Virus record (IMG/VR): IMGVR_UViG_2534681831_000034
Strand: one strand, 5' to 3'
Length of the DNA: 17,560 nt
DNA from: a virus
Taxonomy: Duplodnaviria; Heunggongvirae; Uroviricota; Caudoviricetes
The stretch's first letter is position 1, and each line of letters starts with the position of its first letter. A program made the translations under genes and the position numbers. The notes under the pieces were generated by a model. The model made no database searches and had not been told where the DNA came from. It saw nothing but the letters and a program-made list of their open reading frames with translations. Shown here piece after piece: positions 1-6,893 of the stretch.

Positions 1-10
1 AACATCCTCC

Positions 11-592
11 TTACCCAGCAATAGGATTAAATCTCACCGCATCCTGCAAGTAATCCGGCGCAAGATGGGCATAAATCATCGTTGTCTGAATCTTTGCGTG
101 CCCCAGAATTTTCTGGAGCGTCAGAATATTGCCGCCGTTCATCATGAAATGACTGGCGAAGGTGTGGCGCAGCGCATGAACAGCCTGGCCGTCAGGAACA
201 TCAGGTGCGACCGTTTTGATGACATCGCGAACCAATGAATAATCCAGCGTCGGAAACACCAGTTTCCCGCCCCGTTTTTTGATCTTTTCAAACAGGCTTT
301 CAGAAATAGGAACGGTACGGTTTTTGCTGTTCTTCGTTTTTGAAAAAGTGATTCGACAATGAAGAACACGGCGCTGCTCCAGTGCCGCTACCTCGCCCCA
401 TCGCGCCCCGGTCGACAGAAGGATTTCGACGGCCAGCCGTTCATCGGGATTTTCAGCCAGTGCATCCAGCAACTGAACACATTCAGACTTACTCAGATAT
501 CCCATTTCACGCTCGTTAACCTTCATTCCTTTAAGGCCTTGAACGGGGTTATCGTTAAGAAAATGGCCGGATGAGATGAGTGCGGTAAACAT
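11..592 (-). pseudogene. int: 5'-truncated P2-type tyrosine integrase (C-terminal catalytic domain only)
   Basis: The translation carries the catalytic-domain signatures of tyrosine recombinases: TGARWGEV (box A Arg), HALRHTFASHFMMNGGNILTLQKILGH and TTMIYAHL (catalytic Tyr). The frame is open only 18 codons upstream of the first Met (in-frame stop at 647-649), and no N-terminal arm or core-binding domain is found in any frame upstream. A P2-type integrase is about 337 aa; about 190 aa are present. Confidence 0.7.
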
Positions 593-694
593 CGCGCTTA
601 ACGCCCCAATCTCTCGATTTATGGTGCTCCAAGGATTATTTGATCTTTACATCCGTGGTCGTGACAACAGAGCACGCACTACAAAACCGGAGAA

Positions 695-953
695 TGTGGA
701 TACCCTTTATTTCACAGTAGACGACTGCTACCGCGTGGACTTCACACCACACGGACTGGCGTTGCACTGCCTGACACCGCACGGCGAATCACTGCTGGCG
801 TATTACGACTCCCCGGCCTCCGTATTTGCGGCAATGCTGGCGCATCGCACTGCTGGCGGGTGTGCCTCGCTGAGTGAATACACCGCTGAATTTAACCGCC
901 TTTCCACCATCTTCTTGCAGGAGTGGCAGCGCGTGACGGGATACCAGCCATGA
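695..953 (+). CDS. hypothetical small protein, translationally coupled to the replication gene A
   Basis: ORF in the six-frame track (576-953). I prefer the GTG at 695 because it follows a GGAGA Shine-Dalgarno-like sequence, and because the 576 start would overlap the integrase remnant on the opposite strand. Its stop (TGA 951-953) overlaps the ATG of A at 950 (ATGA). No motif recognised. Confidence 0.35.
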
Positions 954-3790
954 GTGAGTTTGCATGGAGCTGGAATGAACCACGACCAGCCATTGATCCG
1001 GCCAGATTTACGGAGCACAGGCAGGAAACTGAAACCGACCTGCAACGCGCCATCCGTTACTACCTTGAGGCAGACAAAAAGGCTCTGGAAGAACAGGAAG
1101 CGAAGGAGGAAGCCTTTTTCGCACAATCCACCGTGGGTAAAAAACTCATGGCATCCCTTGAGGAAGCCGGACAGCGTGAAAAGCTGGCACAGAACATCAT
1201 CAGTAAGCGTCAGGCAACAGAACAAGACCCGGTGGCCCGTGCTTTTGCCACACTGAAGGTGCTTCCCGTTTATCTGCGTGAACCTCTGAGCCGCCACCTC
1301 TCTTTCCTGCGCAAAAAACAGGAAGCCGATCGCCAGAAAGGCAAAAAGAGCTGGCAGGCTGAACGCTACGCGCGCGGAACCCTGCGCAAAATATTCGAAC
1401 GTCTGGACCGCACCGATCACCGCTGGCTGACACCGGGTTATCGCTCCCTTGCCGGACGCGAACGCCTGGACGATTTGCTTTACCTGCCGCAGCTCAACAA
1501 ACACCAGATACAGACGCTGGCCACCATGACGGCGGCGATGTTCAGCAGCACCTTCGAAAAACTCTGCGATGGCTTTGGCGCGACTGATGGCGAACTGACC
1601 ATGGATGTAACGCTGAAGGCGTATCAGATGCTGGCCCGCATGGCGTTACACCTGCACGCCATGCCTCCACATTATGACGCACTGACAACAGACAAAGACC
1701 GGAGGAACGAACCGGACACGGAGCTGCTGCCGGGCGCAATCCTTCGCCTGACCTGTGCGGAATGGTGGAAACGCAAACTGTGGCTGTTACGTTGCGAGTG
1801 GCGGGAAGAACAACTCCGCGCCGCCTGTCTGGTTTCCAGAAAAACATCGCCCTATCTGAGTCAGGACGCGTTAAGCGAGTTTCGCGCACAGCGCGAGAAA
1901 ACACGCGATTTCCTGAAAAGTTTCATGCTGGAAAATGAAGACGGGTTCACGATTGATCTCGAGACGGTGTATTACGCGGGAGTAAGTAACCCGGTTCACC
2001 GTAAGGCAGAAATGATGGCCACCATGAAGGGACTGGAACTTCTGGCCGAAGCCCGTGGCGACAGAGCGGTGTTTCTGACCGTCACCTGCCCGTCAAAATA
2101 CCACGCAACAACGGAGAACGGTCATCCGAACCCCAAATGGAACGGGGCCACCATGCGCGACTCCAGCGATTACCTGGTTAACACGTTTTTTGCGGCGGTC
2201 CGCAAAAAACTGAACCGCGACGGCCTGCGCTGGTATGGCATCCGCACGGTGGAGCCTCACCATGACGGCACTGTGCACTGGCATATGATGGTCTTTGCAC
2301 ATCCGGACGAGATTGAAACCATCGTGTCCCACGTCTGCGATATTGCCATTCAGGAGGACCGCCACGAGCTGGGCGATGACATAACTCCGCGTTTTAAGGC
2401 GGAGTATGTCGACGGCTCAAAAGGCACACCAACCAGCTACATCGCCACCTACATCGGAAAGAACCTGGACAGCCGCGCCGTGGATGGCATCGACCCGAAA
2501 ACGGGCAAGCCACGCGTTGACCACGAAACCGGAAAATCAATGGCCGAGAGCGTGGAGCGCGCCATCGGCTGGGCGCGCCTTCACCGGGTCCGTCAGTTCC
2601 AGTTCTTTGGCATCCCCTCCCGTCAGGTGTGGCGTGAACTGCGCCGCCTTGCCAGCCAGATGGCACGCAATCCGGAAGGCCCGCAACGGCTGAAAGATGA
2701 TGCAATGGATGCGGTACTCGCTGCCGCCGATGCCGGGTGTTTTGCCACCTACATTGAAAAACAGGGCGGCGTACTTGTTCCACGCAAAGACTACCTGATT
2801 CGCACCGCCTACGACCTCGCAGATGAGCTGAATGATTACGGCGAACAGAGCGTACAGATTTACGGGATCTGGTCACCACTCATCGGGGAATCCTCCCGTG
2901 TGTGCACGCATCCGGATAACTGGAAACTGGTAAGACGTAAACCGGAAACGGAAGACAGCGCCCGCGAAAATGGTTTTGACCTTCAGGGCGGCCCTGCCGC
3001 CCCTTGGACTCGTGGCAATAACTGTCCCCGTGTACAGGAAACGGACAACAACGGGGCAGAACAGCCGGAAGAACGGCCAGCACCGTGGCCGCAGCTCCCT
3101 GACGGCGTTGAAGTGAACGAATGGATGCGCTCACTGAAACGGCACGAACGCCGGGCGCTGATGCGTTCGCTTCGTGACAAACAGGCAAAAAACAGCAGTG
3201 ATGAAATGCAGAGCTGGACACAGAGCCGCAAACAGCAGCGGCCTTTGCCTGATAACCACGAATTACTCGCTAAAGAATGGCGGGAGTCTGCCGAATCTCT
3301 CGGCCTGCATATCGGTGAACAGCAGATGCAGCACCTGCTACGGGGCGGCAGCCTGTACGTTGACGGCAGCATCATTGCACCGCAGGGATATGAAATTGTA
3401 CGCAAACCGGATACCCGCCCGTACAGCCGAATCACGCAGCTCTGGCAGCACCTGAGCCGTAATCACGGCGTAAGCAGCACGGAGATCCGCCATAACCCGG
3501 TCGCCAGCTATCTGGCACAGCTGGGGGCATCAGACCCCGAAGCCGCCGCACGCCTGGCATCCGCACTTCAGCAGGATCAGAACACCATGAAAACACCCGT
3601 TACCGTGCTTTCTGACATGCTGCGCGCCATCCGCGACGCAGAGCACGCACAGAGAATCAGTGAAACCACTGAACGCGCCAGCCGCAAAGCAGACCTGCTG
3701 CAGGGTGGCCTGACCAGTGGAAACAAAAAACAGACAGAAACGGGACTCACGAATCCCGTAAATGAGCAAAAAACGCGCAGCGATATATGA
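950..3790 (+). CDS. A: phage replication initiation endonuclease, P2 gpA family (HUH rolling-circle nickase)
   Basis: Long ORF (track 923-3790). It contains an HUH-type metal-binding motif (HWHMMVF) and a paired-tyrosine motif (YIATYIGK) typical of the P2 A / phiX174 A superfamily. The start at ATG 950 is preferred over GTG 923 because of the ATGA coupling with the upstream ORF; either is possible. The protein is about 200 aa longer at the C-terminus than P2 gpA as I remember it (761 aa). Confidence 0.8.
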   Translation: MSEFAWSWNEPRPAIDPARFTEHRQETETDLQRAIRYYLEADKKALEEQEAKEEAFFAQSTVGKKLMASLEEAGQREKLAQNIISKRQATEQDPVARAFATLKVLPVYLREPLSRHLSFLRKKQEADRQKGKKSWQAERYARGTLRKIFERLDRTDHRWLTPGYRSLAGRERLDDLLYLPQLNKHQIQTLATMTAAMFSSTFEKLCDGFGATDGELTMDVTLKAYQMLARMALHLHAMPPHYDALTTDKDRRNEPDTELLPGAILRLTCAEWWKRKLWLLRCEWREEQLRAACLVSRKTSPYLSQDALSEFRAQREKTRDFLKSFMLENEDGFTIDLETVYYAGVSNPVHRKAEMMATMKGLELLAEARGDRAVFLTVTCPSKYHATTENGHPNPKWNGATMRDSSDYLVNTFFAAVRKKLNRDGLRWYGIRTVEPHHDGTVHWHMMVFAHPDEIETIVSHVCDIAIQEDRHELGDDITPRFKAEYVDGSKGTPTSYIATYIGKNLDSRAVDGIDPKTGKPRVDHETGKSMAESVERAIGWARLHRVRQFQFFGIPSRQVWRELRRLASQMARNPEGPQRLKDDAMDAVLAAADAGCFATYIEKQGGVLVPRKDYLIRTAYDLADELNDYGEQSVQIYGIWSPLIGESSRVCTHPDNWKLVRRKPETEDSARENGFDLQGGPAAPWTRGNNCPRVQETDNNGAEQPEERPAPWPQLPDGVEVNEWMRSLKRHERRALMRSLRDKQAKNSSDEMQSWTQSRKQQRPLPDNHELLAKEWRESAESLGLHIGEQQMQHLLRGGSLYVDGSIIAPQGYEIVRKPDTRPYSRITQLWQHLSRNHGVSSTEIRHNPVASYLAQLGASDPEAAARLASALQQDQNTMKTPVTVLSDMLRAIRDAEHAQRISETTERASRKADLLQGGLTSGNKKQTETGLTNPVNEQKTRSDI

Positions 3791-3835
3791 AGCGCGCACA
3801 AAACAGGCAAAAACGGGATTTCAGAATCCCGTAAA
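3738..3835. promoter_or_regulatory. two copies of a 25-bp palindromic motif (AAACGGGA-N9-TCCCGTAAA); candidate parC centromere/operator or origin element
   Basis: Read directly: copy 1 at 3738-3762 (aaacgggactcacgaatcccgtaaa) and copy 2 at 3811-3835 (aaacgggatttcagaatcccgtaaa). They differ at 4 central positions, each has internal dyad symmetry (ACGGGA/TCCCGT), and their centres are 73 bp apart. Copy 1 lies in the last codons of A; copy 2 lies in the A-parM spacer, about 30 bp upstream of the parM start. Confidence 0.45.
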
Positions 3836-3866
3836 CGATTAATTAATCAACATAAGGAAAAGCGAC

Positions 3867-4826
3867 ATGAAAATTTGTATCGACGACGGCTCCACCAACA
3901 TCAAGCTGGCATGGACTGAGAACGGCGAACGCCGCAACGCCATCAGCCCGAACAGCTTCAAGTCGGAATGGTCTGCGCCGTTCGGTGGCACGCAGCCCGC
4001 GAACTACATGCTTGATGGCGTGCGCTATGGTTTTGATCCGGTCAGCGATCGCTTTGTCCAGACGACCGACACGCAATACCAATACAGTGATGTGAATGTC
4101 ATTGCCATTCATCACGCGCTGGTCAAATCAGGCATCACGCCACAGGAGGTGGATGTGGTTGTCACCCTGCCACTGAGCGAGTATTTCGACACAAACGCAC
4201 AGCCGGACATAGCCAACATCAACCGCAAAAAAGCGAACGTTATGCGCCCGGTGGAGTACCAGAACGGCGAAGCATTCACTATCCGTAACGTGCGGGTTAT
4301 GCCTGAATCCATTCCGGCTGGCTTTAAGGCACTGGCTGACATGAGTCCGTTTGAATCCCTGCTGATTGTGGATTTGGGCGGAACCACGCTGGATGTGGCA
4401 AAGGTTCAGGGGCAGCTGGCAGGTATCAGCCAGGTGTTTTGCGATCCACACGTAGGCGTTTCCCTGATGGCTGATGCCGTGCTGTCGGTGATGGCCACTA
4501 ACGGTATGCGTACCAGTCACCACATCGCCAATACCATTATTGAGCACCGTCACGATGAAGCCTGGCTGCGCCAGCACATTCACAATGACGCGCATTACAA
4601 CAGCCTGATGGCGGTTATTCGTGAAAAGGAGGAGACACTGAAACAACGAGTGATCCGCGCGCTGGCGGGTTTTTCCGGTTACGGGCGGGTGATGGTTGTC
4701 GGTGGAGGGGCGGAGATTGTGGCACCCGCTATCCGCGAAGCCTGCGGAGTTAATGCGACTTTCATCACGGACGGGGTGCCACATTTTGCTCTGGTTAATG
4801 GGCTGTACGCAATGAACAAGGAGTAA
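3867..4826 (+). CDS. parM: ParM/StbA-family actin-like plasmid segregation ATPase
   Basis: 319 aa with the actin-fold motifs IDDGSTNIKL (phosphate 1), DLGGTTLD (phosphate 2) and VVGGGAE (adenosine). It is collinear with plasmid R1 ParM (StbA) as I remember it. An AAGGA Shine-Dalgarno lies about 9 nt upstream of the ATG. Confidence 0.8.
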   Translation: MKICIDDGSTNIKLAWTENGERRNAISPNSFKSEWSAPFGGTQPANYMLDGVRYGFDPVSDRFVQTTDTQYQYSDVNVIAIHHALVKSGITPQEVDVVVTLPLSEYFDTNAQPDIANINRKKANVMRPVEYQNGEAFTIRNVRVMPESIPAGFKALADMSPFESLLIVDLGGTTLDVAKVQGQLAGISQVFCDPHVGVSLMADAVLSVMATNGMRTSHHIANTIIEHRHDEAWLRQHIHNDAHYNSLMAVIREKEETLKQRVIRALAGFSGYGRVMVVGGGAEIVAPAIREACGVNATFITDGVPHFALVNGLYAMNKE

Positions 4827-4830
4827 ACCA

Positions 4831-5142
4831 ATGACGACACCAACCAGAAGAATAAGTTTCTATCTGAAGCCAGCTGCCGTCAAGAACGAAGGAGAAGCAT
4901 GCGCCTGGCTGGACAGCCTTACACCAGAAGCCCGCAAAAGCGGCCAACGCGTGGCTTTTCTGGCCGGGCTGGCACTTCTGAAGACGAATCCGGCAGAGGC
5001 TTACCGACTGGCCGCATGGGCTGATGATGAGATGTTACCTGTGACACAAATCAGCTCAAAAAAGTTTGAAGCACAGTCTGCACCAGTGGCTAAGATAACC
5101 AGCCAGATGGCTGGGAATATCCGGGCGTTATTTCCTGAGTAA
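4831..5142 (+). CDS. parR: ParR/StbB-like centromere-binding adaptor
   Basis: 103 aa, starting 4 nt after the parM stop with an AAGGAG Shine-Dalgarno. The N-terminal region (RRISFYLKP...LDSLTPEARKSGQRVAFLAGLALLK) resembles the ribbon-helix-helix N-terminus of R1 ParR as remembered. Gene order parM then parR matches type II partition loci. Confidence 0.6.
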   Translation: MTTPTRRISFYLKPAAVKNEGEACAWLDSLTPEARKSGQRVAFLAGLALLKTNPAEAYRLAAWADDEMLPVTQISSKKFEAQSAPVAKITSQMAGNIRALFPE

Positions 5143-5270
5143 AAGCATCTGCGCGAAAAATGCTCACATTTATAGAAACAGTATCATTCCATTTGGCGCA
5201 CTTACTTCAATAATCGATCTGTTAAACAAATAGATTGTCTATTATCTATCGATTAAAACGATCAATTATC

Positions 5271-5299
5271 TTGACAGTAATGTGCCTTTTTGTAAGATC
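5271..5299 (+). promoter_or_regulatory. candidate sigma70 promoter (TTGACA-N16-TAAGAT)
   Basis: A perfect -35 hexamer TTGACA at 5271-5276 and a -10-like TAAGAT at 5293-5298, inside an AT-rich tract containing ATCGAT-centred inverted repeats. Predicted by eye only. Confidence 0.3.
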
Positions 5300-5347
5300 G
5301 TTCGCATTGTGAGCGACAAGATAATTGCGCGGCATTGTCCATGCAAA

Positions 5348-5490
5348 ACGCCCCAATAGCAGCAACTATTGGGGCGTAGAACTCGGTCGGACTCACTTAA
5401 CCTGATATGCGTGCCTTCCGAAGTAAATCAAAATGTGCGTCGTATATTTTATTGCTTACACGCACCTCTGTAAAGGCACGCATATTTTTC
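5348..5490 (+). promoter_or_regulatory. structured leader/attenuator-like RNA element upstream of the 5507 gene
   Basis: A perfect 12-bp stem hairpin (5348-5359 / 5366-5377, loop CAGCAA), then a perfect 13-bp inverted repeat (ATATGCGTGCCTT 5405-5417 / AAGGCACGCATAT 5473-5485) enclosing an inner GTGCGT/ACGCAC pair. The structure is followed by a T-run (5486-5489) and then the GAGG Shine-Dalgarno and GTG start of the downstream ORF. Confidence 0.4.
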
Positions 5491-5506
5491 CTATGAGGTA
5501 AATAAA

Positions 5507-5776
5507 GTGCGGGCTAAAACAGGTATTTGCAAGAACCCTCATCGTTATAACCCAACATTTCTGTCTCTCCCTGAATATCAAGGACAAGAAGGTCGGCACA
5601 AATGCGCTGCCTGTGCTTTTGAGCTAGGCATAAAAGATGCGCTTGAAGGACGCGCTATGGCTCAGAATGATTTAGTTTTAGCTAACATTCCGTTTAGCCA
5701 GGCTGGAACTGTAAGGCACAGAGATGCTTATGAAGCATATGTTCGTGGTTGGCGATTAATACACAGCAACAATTGA
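5507..5776 (+). CDS. small hypothetical protein with a putative C-x3-H...C-x2-C metal-binding motif
   Basis: 89-aa ORF with a GTG start preceded by GAGGT at about 7 nt. Cys8/His12/Cys33/Cys36 could form a zinc knuckle. It is AT-richer than the phage backbone and is followed immediately by a canonical intrinsic terminator. No family recognised. Confidence 0.5.
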   Translation: MRAKTGICKNPHRYNPTFLSLPEYQGQEGRHKCAACAFELGIKDALEGRAMAQNDLVLANIPFSQAGTVRHRDAYEAYVRGWRLIHSNN

Positions 5777-5785
5777 TATTTTTGA

Positions 5786-5808
5786 AGCGCCGATAAGGCG
5801 CTTTTTTT
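5786..5808 (+). terminator. rho-independent terminator
   Basis: GC stem AGCGCC (5786-5791) / GGCGCT (5797-5802) with loop GATAA, followed by a run of seven T (5802-5808), 10 nt after the stop of the 5507-5776 ORF. Confidence 0.7.
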
Positions 5809-6209
5809 GTTTGCACGATAGTGCACAAGTTTGCACAATTTTTTTGAACGACTTTTTGTACTTCCGGCCCGCGTGGCGGCTGGATCCGTCAAGGATCCGT
5901 ACGTGCACAAAAAACGCGTTTTTTCTACGCGCAGGTGACGGGGGAACAGCCCGCGTTTCAGGGGGGTAAACAGCATTCCCTGAACGATGTCGCAGAGACA
6001 CAACAGAATGGCCATATTTCTCACGCTGAGCATGAAAAAGGCGTGAGGGCTTTTGATTTGATGGGGTGAAAGGTAAGGCCGTCAAAATCGCACTGAGGCA
6101 GCGAGAACATACAGTCAACGCGGTGGGATTGCGTAAGAGTCTGACCGTCGATGGTGGCGATAAACTGGAAGGCGTCGTGAAATTATCTGATTGATACAGG
6201 AGCTGGAGA

Positions 6210-6238
6210 GCCGGGGCATAAATTTTTTATGCCCCGGC
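6210..6238. repeat. perfect 13-bp-stem hairpin (GCCGGGGCATAAA-TTT-TTTATGCCCCGGC)
   Basis: Read directly from the sequence. It lies about 100 bp upstream of the 6338 ORF and has no flanking U-tract on either strand outside the stem, so it is not a canonical terminator. Confidence 0.5.
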
Positions 6239-6337
6239 GAAGCAGCAGACAAGCGAAGCGCGTCAGTGATGCGGCACCTTGCCGACCACACTTCATAAGT
6301 GCAAAATACGAGCAAAGAAATCAATGGAGGCTGTTTT

Positions 6338-6862
6338 ATGGTCATTAATTACAAGCAGTTACGAGAAAAACGAGAGCAGGTAAAGGAAAGTTTTCGCCGC
6401 AATGAAGATCTGACCCCGCTTGTACACCTTGCTCAGGGAATTGTAGATGCTTATGAAATCTCTCTGGAGCTGCCATCACAGACATGGACTGATAGCGACG
6501 GTAATCGCCAGCATTACGTTTCATGCGGACTGGAAACAACTGAAGGGTTTCGCAGAATGCCTTTATCTCAGATTCCTGCCTCTACCCCCAAAGCAAGGGG
6601 CGGCAATGATGAGCGAAAACTGATTTTCAGCATTGAGACAGTGGTTGACGACACACCTGGCGAAGTCGCCTTCGTGCATACTCCTCTTTCGATCGCAATG
6701 TATAACGATGAAATACAGGTTCGCGTTAATAATAATATCGTGCCACTTAAAGAAGGTAATTCACCCTACACCACCGTTTGTGAAGCCATTCAATATTACG
6801 TTCTCTCTGAAATTGATAATCTCAAGCCTGACGGCACCCAGAAAATGGTTCAACTCTGGTAA
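6338..6862 (+). CDS. hypothetical 174-aa protein (cargo/moron gene, unknown function)
   Basis: ATG at 6338 is preceded by GGAGG at 7 nt (the track ORF begins at 6299, but that start has no ribosome-binding site). AT-richer codon composition than the flanking phage genes. It ends at a bidirectional terminator and is convergent with portal gene Q. No catalytic motif recognised. Confidence 0.55.
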   Translation: MVINYKQLREKREQVKESFRRNEDLTPLVHLAQGIVDAYEISLELPSQTWTDSDGNRQHYVSCGLETTEGFRRMPLSQIPASTPKARGGNDERKLIFSIETVVDDTPGEVAFVHTPLSIAMYNDEIQVRVNNNIVPLKEGNSPYTTVCEAIQYYVLSEIDNLKPDGTQKMVQLW

Positions 6863-6867
6863 AAAGG

Positions 6868-6893
6868 ACAGCCCCATCACGGGGCTGTTTTTT
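6868..6893. terminator. bidirectional rho-independent terminator between the convergent cargo gene and Q
   Basis: An 8-bp stem ACAGCCCC (6868-6875) / GGGGCTGT (6881-6888) with loop ATCAC, flanked by A5 on the left and T6 on the right, so a U-tract follows the stem on both strands. It overlaps the Q stop codon (6877-6879). Confidence 0.7.

Noticed and set aside
142-574. ORFs 142-369 (-) and 359-574 (+) overlapping the integrase remnant
   Set aside because: Alternative frames of the integrase catalytic-domain region, with no independent support.
803-1504. 233-aa minus-strand ORF (and 789-983, 1200-1433, 1542-1904, 2093-2365, 2394-2879, 2880-3435 minus-strand ORFs) inside the A gene
   Set aside because: All are antisense to a long ORF with clear family motifs. 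They show no motif or ribosome-binding site, and their composition reflects the high-GC reverse frames; treated as spurious.
4128-4784. 218-aa minus-strand ORF antisense to parM (also 3843-4115 and 4112-4387)
   Set aside because: Fully embedded antisense to a well-supported actin-like ATPase gene; no start context.
5143-5180. Weak hairpin AGCAT-N11-ATGCT just after the parR stop as a terminator
   Set aside because: The 5-bp A/T-containing stem with a long loop and no clean U-tract is too weak to call.
6299-6337. Upstream extension of the 174-aa ORF to the track start at 6299
   Set aside because: The ATG at 6338 has a GGAGG Shine-Dalgarno at ideal spacing, while the 6299 start has none; the shorter CDS was chosen.
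5728-6345. Minus-strand ORFs 5728-6033, 5756-6118 and 6115-6345 in the non-coding cargo region
   Set aside because: They run through the intrinsic terminator of the 5507 gene and through palindromes, have no Shine-Dalgarno, and show no recognisable protein features. The region is better treated as non-coding or decayed.
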